From Chrysomallon squamiferum (Eukaryota; Animalia; Mollusca), in the NCBI GenBank assembly GCA_012295275.1, contig CM022675.1, forward strand, positions 7,626,001 to 7,690,000: DNA of 64,000 nucleotides, given 5' to 3'. Below are positions 1 through 19,917 of the stretch, piece by piece (position 1 is the first letter of the stretch; each line of letters begins with the position of its first letter). Below the pieces are notes generated by a model. It was not told where the DNA came from, did not search any database, and saw only the letters and a program-made list of their open reading frames with translations. The position numbers and the translations under genes were made by a program.

Positions 1-8
1 TTTCACAG

Positions 9-169
9 AGCAGTCCAAAGTTTACTACAACCGCTGCAACTACGTCCAGGCCTCCAGGTACGGCTCCTACGCCAAAGGAGTTGCTGTAGGAGGCATTATG
101 TCGATGATTGTTGTTGTGATCCTCATCATTGCTCTCGTTGTGTGGCACAATTTCAGATTCCAGTACTAA
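9..169 (+). CDS. Terminal coding exon of an unidentified single-pass membrane protein (gene begins upstream of window)
   Basis: Acceptor tttcacag at 1-8. Translates (x)QSKVYYNRCNYVQASRYGSYAKGVAVGGIMSMIVVVILIIALVVWHNFRFQY*, with a clear hydrophobic TM helix and TAA at 167-169. Followed by AT-rich 3'UTR-like sequence. Confidence 0.7.
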
Positions 170-1787
170 AACTGGTGACGGAAGACACTGGAATGAAGTG
201 ATTTTTGTGTTTTGACAAAAACTGGAATATCATTGTATAACGTGAAACATTTTGATGCTAGTTCGTGAAGGAATAATGAAATAAGTTTGATGTGTGGGAG
301 GAAAAGATCTTTGGTGGTCTGTTTAGAAAAATAAAGAATAAAACCTCAGAAGTTTCCTTAAAGAAAAAAGAAAAGCAAAAAAGATATCCAGATGAAAAAT
401 CTTCAAAGCCATTTAATGGAAAAGTTTTTGTTACTTGTACATATTCAAATATATCTCATGAAATATAAGGGAAAAAGCTTTGTTATATATTATTAATGTC
501 ATTAAAAACCAAAAAACATGATAAAACAGTTTTTTTTATATAATCATACTGTCATCATTTTTAATATTTTTCAAAGAGAAATGATGTAGATCTATACATT
601 TATTATTTTGTATGTATATATAGTTATAATATACATATATAAACGATCTTGAAGTGAATAGTTCATTCATTTTTAAGATTTAAACAATGAAGTAAATTTA
701 ATTTGGCAAAACTTTCTATCTTTGTTTATTTATTATTAGTATTTTACATATCATTCTTAGATGACATTAGAGAAAATGAACAATTTTGATAAACTAAATT
801 TATGCAAAATATTTCTTTGCCTCATAGTTCATGATTGTGATTTAATCAAAAATTTACCATCATATTTATAAAGTGCAACTAATAAGGAAAATTAAGAATT
901 CAAATTTTGTTTTTCCGATTATTAAAGGAATATGTACCCCTTTGAATTTGTATATTTTGTTTGGGATGAAAAAGAAATTGAGTTTTTCCTTATTTGTTTT
1001 GTGTATGTATACATATAAACATATAAATACATATACATGCACACATACAAAAATAAACTTAAAAGCATTCCATAATTCAACCTGTGAAATCAATTTGTAA
1101 TTTACATTGATGTTGCTATATATAATCATCCATATTATTTGATTAAAAAGTTTTTCATTCTAGTTACACTATTTTCATTACTTTTACATAAAATAATTAT
1201 AATTTGCATTAATGTGTTGTTGTAATTAATCTTAATTTCTAAAAGGCCAAGACTAATCTTTTCATTCCAGATTTAAATGTTTATTCATTTCAGTTATCAT
1301 GTGATGGAATAAAAGATAAAAAAAATTAGGTTTATAATTTGTATTCCTTATTATTATTATTATTATTATTAATTTTTTAATTATTATTATTGCTGATGCT
1401 ACAACTACTACTATCATTATTATTATTATTATTTTTGTTCTTGTTACTGCTTCTACTAATATTAATACTATTGCCATTTTTATCATTACTTTTATGCATT
1501 CTTTTTCAGAAAACCTTTTTTAACTTTCCAGATTTAAGACATAAATATTTTATACGCAGCATTCTAAGAACTTATTATTAATAGTCATCAAATTTGAAAT
1601 TTTTTTAAATTGTGATTGATAAATTTTTATATATGTATATTTTTAATAGATTCATAATAAATGAATTTTTACATAAATATGTAATTGTGTTTTATTTATT
1701 TATTAGTATTAATGTCAAAAATGGAATGTATTTGGAAACATGAATGTTGAAACGTGCATCATGACTATTACTATCATCAAAATTATT

Positions 1788-1871
<84 letters not shown>

Positions 1872-2257
1872 TTCAAGATTCAGTTTCTAACATTCATAAT
1901 TAATTCAAGACAAAATGTCTTCCATTGGGAGTGTGCAGACATTGAAAGAAAACAAACGCTTATTTTAACAATTAAATTTCAAAACGTTGCATTTACGTTT
2001 TGAGTTTCAGATGCTAAAATAAGGTTAAGAAGCTCCTAGTCATAAAGCCTTAATTTTTGTGGATTAGGCCCATGGCTTTCCGCAGATAATGTCTGCTTAT
2101 TTATAAGTGTTTGTTACAGTAATTTTTAGTCTCAAAGTTACTGACGAATATTTAGTTTGAGTTACTTATTATTTAGCTTTTAAAACAGGCACTATTTAAA
2201 CGTCTGTTAAATTTTAGTAAGAAATGGAATGACGTCTGCATTGTAAATAGGTTTGAT

Positions 2258-2354
<97 letters not shown>

Positions 2355-2555
2355 AGTGTGTGTTAGAGAGAGAAAAAAATGGATGGTGAATGCAATTAAT
2401 GCTTTGTAAATGGGCTACAACAATATGGCATCCATTATGAAATAATTTAATACAGTAATAACAACAACAACTCGGGACAATAATTCTATTTTTTTATTAT
2501 AATTATTTTTTTTAAATGAAGAAGAAGAAGAAGAAAAAAAGACGTGCTGATGACA

Positions 2556-7313
<4,758 letters not shown>

Positions 7314-7407
7314 GGCAACAGTTTAGTGTCTTCGAGTATTTTTCTCGTTTTAAAATGAAATATTGACTGAAACACAATTTTAAAGATGACGATGATGATT
7401 ATTATTG

Positions 7408-7438
<31 letters not shown>

Positions 7439-9327
7439 TAAGACGATATTAAATTCTTTGTAAACTATATTTACAAAAGCTTTGTTGTTATGTTCTTAAG
7501 ACTATATCCGCCTTTATTATTCATCTCGTATCCGATATCATCAGACAAGTATCCGCCATTGATATATTAAATGTTTGATATCATAGTCACGTGACTATTT
7601 TCATATCATGAAATATGATTCAAGGTCATATTTACAATATAATGAAAAAAATATATATCTATTCGCCAATAATTGAAAGTTCTTTCGTTCTCTATTCTGA
7701 TTGATTACAGCGTAACAACTAATATAATTACGTCATCAAACACGTAACAATACCAACATAGTACATATTAAATGAGATATAATAAGAAATTCAGATGTAT
7801 TAAAAAATGCATTCACAAATTAATATCATATAACAAAGTCTGATATAGTTTTCATCTCGAATTTTACATCCAATAATTCGAATTGTGTATATTAATCTAT
7901 TTTCCGTCATACAGCATATTTTTAATCATGCTATCTAGAATTTTATATCCGCTAATACTAACTATGGAGTTCTCTGTTCTTGTTTTCCAGTACAGAGCAT
8001 TTATTTTGAATACTTCTTGACCAACTTTTTAACTCGAAGTTCGACTGGCTTTTGATAGTTTCTGGCTTTTGATAGGTTAAAAGATATTTTTTATTTTCTT
8101 GGATAATTAATTCAGTGTATTTTACTATCAGTATTATTTCTGATACGAAGCATAGCACTTTCTGATAAAGTCGTATATTATCTGTCACGTTCTGATATTT
8201 CACAAAATAAATACGTCATTGCTATATGACGTACTGTGTTCTCTTGAAATGTTTTTCCAATTCCGTCATCTCATTGATGAAGTGCTCTGACGTCACGACA
8301 TACTCGACTGAAAATTTATAAAAAAAATAACACAGATCTATTCATGATAGAAGTTTGTAGGTATAAACAGTTATAGAAATTTTACTAGTAATAATAGTAG
8401 CAACAGAAATATAGTATTAACAGAACAGTGATATTTCACGTAAAATGATTAGCAATAGTCATAGTAATAGCAGTAGTAACAAGAACGATAGTTCTAGTCA
8501 TAATAATACTAGTAATACTACTACTAATAATTATAGTAGTAATAATACTAGTAATAATAGTAGTAGTAACAATTGTTGTAATAGAAATATTAGGTAATGG
8601 ATCTAATCGTAGTAATAATAATATTAGTAGTAATACTAATAATAATAAAATAAATAAATAAGTAAATAAGTAAATAATAATAATAAAATAAATAATAAAA
8701 ACAACTAATACTTACTGACGTATGATATAAAATCTTCTTCTTGCTTTTCCCACAGAACGGTTTGCAAACACGAAAGACTAAAAACAAAAACGTGTTTCTC
8801 TCAACGAACAAAATCACCAGTTGAAAATTTCTATTTATGGCCCTGTTGTTACTCCGTAGCCTGTTATCCACACATGTTACTAATTACAACAACCACCAAA
8901 ACCAATTATAAATCAGGAAGACACAGAGGTGGTTGTTCTAGGGGTCTGATGACTGACTCCTTTCCATAATGAAATTTCGTCTATAAATTAAGGAGTTTTA
9001 AATTTTGCTTACGTATCATGAAACTATTTATTTATTTATTTATTATTATTATTATTATTATTTTTTATAATTTAGCGTTTTGTATAACGTCCAAAAAAGA
9101 AAAAAACTCAACAAAACAATGCGGCCCTACAGAAAATAAATTCCTCGATTTTAGCTTCCATATGAAGGTGATTAGATTATGAATGATATAGAGCCATGAT
9201 CGTAAATAACAGAAGCTAAATCAAACATTTATTTAATCTGAGGACAATAGTTTCTTATACTGATTTATACGACATGTAATTATTTTAATCAATTAAGAAA
9301 AGGAAATCTGTTACCAGCATATTTATT

Positions 9328-9428
<101 letters not shown>

Positions 9429-10267
9429 ACACACACACATACGTACATGTATGTATATACATTACACACATTACATACACACTAACACATACATACATTT
9501 ATACAAATATAAATATGCTAGGTTGTCAAGTCTAATCTGACATAGTTTGACAACAAAATATTCATTCTTAAAGACACACATACCTATATATATACCATAG
9601 ATATAAAGTTATATTCATAGATACATATAGACATACATAGACATATACAAAAATACATATGTATTCACACATACATAGATACAGACACATACATTCACTT
9701 ATACAGATACAATTACACATAAATGCATATACAAAATGCATTCATTCATACAAAAATACTTAAATTCATACGTACGTACATACAGTTATATTTATTACAA
9801 TATTATGTCACAAATCTTTTATTTTGCTTCTTGGTGCTTTAAATTACATCATTTCTGACATCTGATGACGTCATTTCTTATGTACATAACATTCAATCAC
9901 TTGAGTAGAAATAACATCTGCTAGATGAAGATAGCCAAGGTACAGTACATTAAATTAAATTAAATTAACAAAGATTGAGAACATTTTCATAATCTTTATT
10001 AAACAGAATCTAGAAATCTTTTCCTTGTATTTTTCGGTAGATTTCCAGTCTCATCAAAATCAGTTTTGAAGAAAATGTTTGTCGCATGAGCAGAATAATA
10101 GTTGTAAACAACTAAATGGAAATTAATTTTAAAATAAAATAACACATTAATAAAGTCACAGAAAGGTAAAAATTACTTGTTTCCAATCGATTAATAATTA
10201 TATATAATAGAAGTTGCATTCTTTTTTTTAAATTATTATTTATATTTCCATTGCAGATTCTGGTGAA

Positions 10268-13200
10268 ATGATTTTCAGGATAACATGTTTATCATTACTA
10301 ATGCAGACGTCTTTTGCTGTTATGAGTTCGTATTTTTAATATTTATTTTAAAACGATAATTTACTGTTATAGATGCGAATATAAATAAATAATAGCAGCA
10401 GCAGTAATAGCAGTAATTGTGTAGTATGTTATTATAGTAGTATTAGTAGTACTAACCATTTTAGAAGTTTCAAAATGTACGCATGAATGCAACTTTCGTA
10501 TTTCCAGATTTTAGAAACTTTCACGATAAGGTATGGATGTTACATTCGTATTTGTTCAATTCTGAAAGTATTAAGATACGTACGAGTGTTTTCTAGATTT
10601 CAAAAAAGTATAAATATACGTATACGAATGTCATAAGGATGGTTTCTGGATTTTTAGAAAACATCAATGTTCATGAAAATTATAAAAAAAAGGTGCTTCC
10701 GTAATTTTGTGAAAAAAGGTGTGAATATCAGTACGAATATTATTACAGCGATCATTTCTTGATCTCAGAACGAACATAAGAATTTTGCACAGATGGCTCT
10801 AGATTTCAAAAAAACGTTTCAATGACCATATCTTAACGTTACGCCGTTAAGAATTTCGCACAGATTGCTCTAGATTTCAGAAAAAATGGAAGAAAAAACG
10901 TTTCAATGACCATATCTTAACATTACGCCGTTAAGAATTTCGCACAGATGGTCTAGATTTCAGAAAAAAATTTTCAAACCACATCAAACAAAATCAAATG
11001 GGTCTAGATTTCATTAAAACCCCCACAAAAAAACCCAAAAAAACAAACAAACATTTCAACTACCGCGTCTTAACGTTACGCCGTTGTTGTTTTTTTCCAG
11101 GCTTGAGAAGGTATCAGGACAAATACGAATGTTACACGGGGTCGAATTACACGGGCACGAAGTCTGTGACGGTCACAGGAATTCCGTGCCAGGAGTGGAA
11201 CGCCACGCTGCCCCACTTCCACTTCTTCACCAAGCCGCACTTTTTCCACGTGCAGTCCATGGACGAAGTTAGCAACTACTGCCGCGACCCTGACGGGAAG
11301 GGCTACCCCTGGTGCTACACGACAAAGTTCGAGTACATTTCGATGGACTGCGGAATACGACGCTGTTCGGGTAAATATTCTTAATGGTTTTTTTTAGTCT
11401 CGACGTCTTGTTTTCTAGCTCGACAGTTTGGTAAAGCATTTCCTTTTCAGTAACAATGGCAGTAGTAATAATGATAGTAGTAGTAATAGTAGTAGTAGTA
11501 GTAGTAGTAGTGGTTGTAGCAGATGCAGCAGTAGTAGTAGTAGCAGCACAGCAGCAGTAATAGTAGTAGTAGTTGCAGCAGCAGCAGCAGTAGTAGTATT
11601 AGTGGTAATAGAGGTAATAATAGAATTAGTACTATAAAGGTAGTAGTAGTAGTAGATGTTGTAGTAGTAGTGATAATAATTGCGATGTAGTAATAGAGGT
11701 AGTGGTAGTAGTAATAGTAATAATGATAGAAGCAGTACTAGTAATAATAGGAGTTGTAGTAACAGAGAAGGACATTAAGACGTAGTAGTAGTAGTAGTAT
11801 CGAAGATAGTAGTTATAGTAGTATCAAAGAGTAGTTGTAGTAATAGAAGAAGTGGTCACAGTAACAGTAAAAGAAGTAGTAATAGAAGTAGTAGTAGTTG
11901 TAGCAGTAATAGTAACAGAGGTGGTAGTAAAAGTATCAGTAGTAGTAGTGGAAGTTGTGGTAATAGTGGTAAGAGTAGTAGTAGTGATGGTGGCGGAAGT
12001 AAGAATAGTAGCAAAGCTAGTAATGGTAATGGTATTAGTAACAGTAATACTAACAGCAGTACTAATAGGTCAAGGTCGCGTGGCTGAGTACAGGTCAATG
12101 TCAGCAGTGACTACGAATGATAACTGTTCTCTGTAGGTCACTTCTTGTGTCATACAGCTTCTTCCGCAGAGTCGTTGTAGTCGTTGTAGTTGTCCAGGTA
12201 CAGGTAGTCTCCCTACCTCATCTGCTGTAGAATTACTTACATCAGCTGTTCCTGATGTCTGAATTTATTACGTTTCAGATGAAATGTTTGCTAGAAGCTG
12301 CGCCGACCTCAAACTGTTCGGAGGCATACAAGTGGATGGCAATTACGTCATCTACCCAAAGGGTCTGGGAACTCAGCCAGTTTGGTTTTACTGTTACGGC
12401 ATGAGAGACAACACACCACCTACGGAGTTCATCACGCTGCAGTACGACAATGTGGCTATTTATGTGGATGTATCTGGAAGATACTGCGATCCTCCTTATC
12501 AAAACGCTAAAACAATTGTTTTCACCAAGCTCCGTGTAGACGTTGAGGTATGTATTTTGTATGTGGAAGTGTTTGTTTTTTTTGTAGTATGTTTCAGTTA
12601 TGGAGAGAAAAAAATAAAATAATGTATATATATATATATATACATACACACATATATATAATACACACATACACACGCACGCACGCATTAATGCATATAA
12701 GTATATTAATATATTATGCAAACAGGTATGAACGGTAGATTTCGTTTTCAGCACATATTTTCAGTTGATTAAATTATAATGATAGTCTAATTATTTTTAG
12801 AGGTGTTTCGTGTACCCCCTGAGGTACACATGTACACATGTACACATCTATATTTATCCTGGAAACCCTGTGCGTACTGACAAAATAATGATAAAAAGAT
12901 TAATTTAAATATTTTCGAAAACATATCATTTTGGGACGGTTCTGCATTTACTTCGACAAAATTATTTATTATTTTTTTTTACATGCATGTATTGTTCAAA
13001 GTTACATCTCTGGGGTTTTAATTGCTAGCTTGGATCTTCAAAGATCGTTTTGAAATCGGTTTTCTATTTAAAAAATAACGACTAAATTGTGCTTTCGTTT
13101 CAACTGTTTTGTTTTTTGAGTCAACAAATCAATAAGCATGAATATTACTCTAGAGAAAACACAGCTGATAACTAAAACAGTTAAATTTGTATGTTGTATT

Positions 13201-16200
13201 ATTTAGGATTGAAGGATTTAAAAATCAAAAATAAAAATATTAAAAACTGGTTAGTTTAATTTTTAAGGATTGCAGAATAAAAATAATAACTGGTTACTGT
13301 TAGTACTAAGGATTGCAGGATTAAAGAAATACCTGGTTACTGTTAGTACTAAGGATTGCAGGATAAAACTAATAACTGGTTACTGTTAGTACTAATGAAG
13401 GATTAAAGAAATACCTGGTTACTGTTAGTACTAAGGATTGCAGGATTAAAGAAATACCTGGTTACTGTTAGTACTAAGGATTGCAGGATTAAAGAAATAC
13501 CTGGTTACTGTTAGTACTAAGGATTGCAGGATAAAAAATATAATTTAACTGGTTAAAAATATTAGAAACTGGTTAGTAATTTTTAAGGATTGCAGAATAA
13601 AAATAATAACAGGTTACTGTTAGTACTAAGGATTGCAGGATTAAAGAAATACCTGGTTACTGTTAGTACTAAGGATTGCAGGATAAAACTAATAACTGGT
13701 TACTATTAGTACTAAGGATTGCAGGATAAAACTAATAACTGGTTACTGTTAGTACTAAGGATTGCAGGATAAAAAATAATAACTGGTTACTGTCAGTACT
13801 AAGGATTGCAGGATAAAAATAATAACTGGTTACTGTTAGTACTAAGGATTGCAGGATAAAAATAATAACTAGTTACTGTTAGTACTAAGGATTGCAGGAT
13901 TAAAGAAATACCTGGTTACTGTTAGTACTAAGGATTGCAGGATAAAAATAATAACTGGTTACTGTTAGTACTAAGGATTGCAGGATTAAAGAAATACCTG
14001 GTTACTGTTAGTACTAAGGATTGCAGGATAAAAAATAATAACTGGTTACTGTCAGTACTAAGGATTGCAGGATAAAAATAATAACTGGTTACTGTTAGTA
14101 CTAAGGATTGCAGGATTAAAGAAATACCTGGTTACTGTTAGTACTAAGGACTGCAGGATTAAAGAAATAACTGGTTACTGTTAGTACTAAGGACTGCAGG
14201 ATTAAAGAAATACCTGGTTACTCTCTTTTTCCTGCTGCGATCGAATGGCCCGTCGAATCCCTCCCACTTTTGCAGGATGAAGTTATTTACTTCGTGTGCG
14301 TGCGTGCGTGTGCGTGTGCGTGTTTTGTGTGTGTGTGTGTGTGTGTGTGCAGAAATCCAGTGAAGTTATTTATGTATATTTCAGACTATGGAGGTGCTGA
14401 GGTATGATTTCACTTTCGCACGGCGCAGCCACTATCGGTTCAATCCTTACGGACGGATTGAAAACTGCTACATGAAAGCCATGACCGGAACGTGCAAAGT
14501 GAACGGAGTGATGCTTCTGGACACAAGAGGAACACATCTGAAATTTGACCCCTCAGTGAGTTTTTTTTTTTTTTTTACTCAGAAAACAAAATCACAAATC
14601 CCGGCCAACAAGTTGTAATGTTGTTTTGTCGTTTTGATCAGGCATTCATCGAGTCAATTAGTATATAATTTATTTTTATTTATTTTTTTTTTTTTTTTTT
14701 TAAACTGTTATCAAAAAGTTTGTCGTTCATTCATTCATTCATTCATTCATTCATTCATTGATTCATTCATTGACTGAGCCAATCTCTCATTCAGCTATAA
14801 TCATCAAAGTTTGTGGAGGTGACATTCAGATGTAACAGGACTAGCCTTTTTTTTTTTTTTTTTTTTTTTTTTTAGGGCGAGGCAAGTGTTGCCTTGGGTT
14901 TTAATCAGAAATTTTATTTTAAACACGGAGGGGGTCACCAAGGCAACCCACGTGCATAACGATTAAAATAAAATACACACCAGGCACATCCGACAAAAAC
15001 AACCAATCGTATCGCTTTACGATAATTTTTAGCCACGAGCGCCATCTGGTTTCGATTGTGTCAAACACTCCAAGGAGTGATAGCATGATTACCACATCAT
15101 GTAAATAGCAGTTATCATTAGCCTGTTGGTATTAACATAATCTGGGGTTAATATTCTGCACTGATCGGCTTTTGGGAAGCGCTTTATTCCAATGCATTCG
15201 ATCAACAACCACCATATGTATATTCTGAGAGCCAATTCATTTTAGGCTGACTCAGCTCTGTAGGTATATTACGATCTTTAACCAATCAAAGCTGTGTTTA
15301 TTTGAATCATTCGTATTCTAAAAAAGAAGAAGAACAACAACAACTCAATAGCTTTGTACATCTGGAAGATGTCAGGATTAGCTCCTGCTCTTTGTGTTTT
15401 TTTTATTCTCTCTTGCTAAAGCTTTTCTAGTTCAAGCAAACAAAAAAAACCTAATTAATATTTAATACTGACTTCGTTTTCATTCGACGTGGTCAGTGAA
15501 AGAATGGGATTTATGACAAGGGCATGGAGGGATACCAGATAGGGCAGCCACGGACACTGTCCGAATTCTGAGGCACCAAAATATCTGCTGTTAGTCCCGT
15601 GGTTAAATTTGAACCCTGTTATAATCATAAAGGTTGGCATAGGTGTCCTTAAACCATTCACTCGTTCATTCATTTAATGAGCCGATCATTCACTCAGGTA
15701 TAACCATGAGCTGTTAGTTCATTCATTCATTTAGTCAATCACTCACTCAACCATAATCATGCATGAAATGTTTATTCACTCATTTAGCCAGTCATTCGTT
15801 CAGCTATTATTATAAACGTTTGTCGCCAAACTTTTTGTTTCTATCATTGCAAAAAAGTTAGAAAAAAAAAAGTGTCGTTAAATCGATTATTCATTCTTTC
15901 ATTTAGTTTTTAAGTTATTCGTTCTTTCATTTAGTATTTTTTGTCAACTATTCATATATTCATTCATTCATTTAGTACATTCGTCAATCATGCATTGATT
16001 CATTTGGTAAATTCGTCAGTCGTTCATTCGTTCATTTTGAACATTCAGTCAATCGTTCATTTCATAAGTTTAGAATACTCGTCAATCGTTTATTCGTTCA
16101 TTCATTATATTCGTCATTCATTCATTCATTCATTTAGTACATTATTCGTCGATAAATTCATTTAGAACATTCGGCAATCGTTCATACATTCATTCATTTA

Positions 16201-19200
16201 GTACATTCGTCACTGTTTTCTTTCTCTGTCTGTACGTTACTGACTGCACTTCCTAGATAGACTGGCATCCTATGAGTACCAAATCGACTGTTTACTCGCA
16301 CACTATCCTGTACAATGGACTGAGGCACGAAGTGAAATGTATATGGGATTGCGGTGGCTGCAAACCAGACAAAAACATGAAACTAGTCTTTGTTCCCGGT
16401 TTGTTTTAGCTTTTTTTTTTATCTCTTGAAATTTATTACCAGAGCACACACACACACAAAACTATATAAACACACACAAAAAATGTACAAAGTATATTCA
16501 TAGACTGTCATACATAGGTACACATACACAAACGTACGTACGTAATACATACACACCTTTTATTTGTACATTATACACATTATTATTATTATTATTTTTC
16601 ATACGCACTGACTGAAATCTATACGTTTTAATATTACGTTTGCCTCATAACCTTTATCTTACATTCGTTTGGTCTTGTAGACAAGGGAGGCTGGGCTGCG
16701 TGGTCAACACCGTCCATTTTGTCTTCATGTAGCGTTACGTGTGGCTGGGGCATGAAGGAAATGTACCAGATGCGCTACTGTAAACATACAAAACTACCGT
16801 GTTTGGGGCCCAAAGTCAAATACGCGACTGAATTTTGTAAAGCGACAAATCCTTGCAAAAGTAGGTCCAGGTGTCCTAATTAAGTTGTTTTTTTCCCTAA
16901 GTATTGTTAAATTTCTCTTGTTGTTGTTCTTGTTTTTGTTTTTTTTTTTTTTTTTTTTTAATGTCTTAGTTGCATAAATGCTGATTATATCAACATACAG
17001 ATATATTATCTGCAGTATATATTTTGGTAATACAAATATTTTCAGGGTCGTTCCGGGGCCCAAAAGCTGACAAGGGTCCCACAGCAACCGTGCATTAACT
17101 TGAATGTGGTTGTTGCATTATGTTATATCTGATCGTGGAAATAAAACAGTTATGAGAGTTTACATTGTAGATTTACTGGACATCAAAACCTCAAGTTTTG
17201 AGAAAAATATTTGCCTTCCAGAGGGCCCTGTATATACGTATCTATTCTAACTATATATTAACACAACATTTTAATAATACAATATATGTATCTATTCTAA
17301 CGATATATATTAACGATATATTACCAATGTATTTTAGCTATACTATATATATATATATATGTATATAAACATTAATCCTAAAATTACACGAAGTATTAAG
17401 CATTGGCAGACATGGTAGATGTATATAATAAGTGATATAATAACGTAAGAACAATACACAGACGTTAAAACAATGTAAAGAAACGTAAAGCAAAATAAAC
17501 CGTAGAAATAAAATATAGTCTGGGCTGGGTGAAGTATGTTAGGTTAGGATGGTTTTAAGGTGCAATTGCAAAATTTACTCCTACCTTGACGAAAAGTGTG
17601 TTGAGAGAGGGTTGTATAGAGGGTTGAGAGAGGGTTGTATGGAGGGTTGAGAGAGGGTTGTATAGAGGGTTGAGAGAGGGTGGTATAGAGGGTTGAGAGA
17701 GGGTTGTATAGAGGGTTGTATGGAGGGTTGAGAGAGGGTGGTATAGAGGGTTGAGAGAGGGTTGTATGGAGGGTTGAGAGAGGGTTGTATGGAGGGTTGA
17801 GAGAGGGTTGTATAGAGGGTTGAGAGAGAGTGGTATAGAGGGTTGAGAGAAGGTTGTATAGAGGGTTGAGAGAGAGTGGTATAGAGGGTTGAGAGAAGGT
17901 TGTATAGAGGGTTGAGAGAGGGTTGTATGGAGGGTTGAGAGAGGGTTGTATAGAGGGTTGAGAGAGGGTGGTATAGAGGGTTGAGAGAGGGTTGTATAGA
18001 GGGTTGTATGGAGGGTTGAGAGAGGGTGGTATAGAGGGTTGAGAGAGGGTTGTATGGAGGGTTGAGAGAGGGTTGTATGGAGGGTTGAGAGAGGGTTGTA
18101 TAGAGGGTTGAGAGAGGGTTGTATAGAGGGTTGTATGGAGGGTTGTATGGAGGGTTGTATAGAGGGTTGAGAGAGGGTTGTATAGAGGGTTGAGAGAGGG
18201 TTGTATAGAGGGTTGAGAGAGGGTGGTATAGAGGGCTGAGAGAGGGTGGTATAGAGGGGGGCTGAGAGGGCTGAGAGAGAGGGTTGTGTAGAGGGTTGAG
18301 AGAGAGAGGGGTTGTGTTGAGAGAGGGTTGTATAGAGGGTTGAGAGAGGGTTGTATAGAGGGTTGAGAGAGGGTGGTATAGAGGGTTGAGAGAGGGTTGT
18401 ATAGAGGGTTGAGAGAGGGTTGAGAGAGGGTTGTGTAGAGGGTTGAGAGAGGGTGTATAGAGGGTTGAGAGAGGGTTGTATAGAGGGTTGTGTAGAGGGT
18501 TGTATAGAGGGTTGAGAGAGGGTGGTATAGAGGGTTGAGAGAGGGTTGTATAGAGGGTTGTGTAGAGGGTTGTTTAGAGGGTTGTATAGAGGGTTGAGAG
18601 AGGGTGGTATAGAGGGTTGAGAGAGGGTGGTATAGAGGGTTGAGAGAGGGTTGTATAGAGGGTTGAGAGAGGGTTGTATAGAGGGTTGAGAGAGGGTGGT
18701 ATAGAGGGTTGAGAGAGGGTTGTATAGAGGGTTGAGAGGGGTGTGTAGATGGTCGAGAGAGGGTTGAGAGAGGGTTGTATGGAGGGTTGAGAGAGGGTTG
18801 TATAGAGGGTTGAGAGAGGGTTGTATAGAGGGTTGAGAGAGGGTTGTATGGAGGGTTGAGAGAGGGTTGTATGGAGGGTTGAGAGAGGGTTGTATAGAGG
18901 GTTGAGAGAGGGTGGTATAGAGGGTTGAGAGAGGGTTGTGTAGAGGGTTGAGAGAGGGTTGTGTAGAGGGTTGAGAGAGGGTGGTATAGAAGAGAGGGTT
19001 GTAGAGGGTTGAGAGAGGGTTGTGTAGAGGGCTGAGAGAGGGTGTATAGAGGGCAGAGAGGGTTGTGTAGAGGGTTGAGAGAGGGTGGTATAGAGGGTTG
19101 AGAGAGGGTGTGTAGAGGGCTGAGAGAGGGTTGTAGGGGTTGAGAGGGTTGTATAGAGGGTTGTGTAAAGAGAGGTTGTATGGAGGGTGTATAGAGGGCT

Positions 19201-19806
19201 GAGAGAGGGTGTATAGAGGTTGTATAGAGGGCTGTGTAGAGGCTGTGTAGAGGGCTGTGTAGAGGGTTGAGAGAGGGTGTATAGAGGGTTGAGAGAGGGT
19301 TGTATAGAGGGTTGTGTAGAGGGTTGAGAGAGGGTTGTATAGAGGGTTGAGAGAGGGTTGTATAGAGAGTACTCAGAATAACTTAAGAGGTAAGGTTTCA
19401 TATGGGAAAAATGGCGTCAAGTTCAATAATTCGGATACATAACAATATATTTTAACAATATAGCATTTGTATCCATTTGAACAATTCATTTAACAATATC
19501 TGTAATTGCGTGTACGTAATTTTATGCCAGTTTTTGATTGCTAGCCACTCAGCTGTTTTAATTACTAATCATTTTGTTGTTGTTGTTGTTGTTAAGTACG
19601 TCCACAGTGGAATAACTGGGTGGAAATTCACGGGCACTGTTCTGCATCTTGTGGGGTCGGGGAACAGTGGGTGTTGAGGAAAAGGAAGTGCTCCGTCCCA
19701 CAGCCAAAACACGCCCAAGATGGATGTAATGGCAGCAACTCTGAAACCAAACTCCAGATCTGCTACCCGAAAAAATCCTGTCGCGGTGAATTTTGTATAT
19801 TCTTCG

Positions 19807-19838
<32 letters not shown>

Positions 19839-19879
19839 TTTTTTATTATTATTATTTTTTTTTTTTTTTTGCGTTTGTA

Positions 19880-19917
<38 letters not shown>

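Noticed and set aside
7958-8203. 81-aa ORF upstream of the P450
   Set aside because: Non-ATG start, no recognisable motif, and it cannot be joined in frame to the P450, which has its own ATG and anchor.
14870-15660. GC-richer intronic blocks, including a CTCF-like gagcgccatctggt and a SINE-like segment
   Set aside because: Probably old repeat fragments; I could not define TIRs, A/B boxes or an exon that fits the GON frame.
17045-17230. Possible extra exon after tttcag at 17045
   Set aside because: No TSP1-like translation; the gggccc-bounded sequence looks like a small repeat remnant.
18574-19401. 275-aa Pro/Ser/Thr/Leu-rich ORF as a mucin-like gene
   Set aside because: It is the antisense reading of the 23-bp G-rich minisatellite inside an intron.
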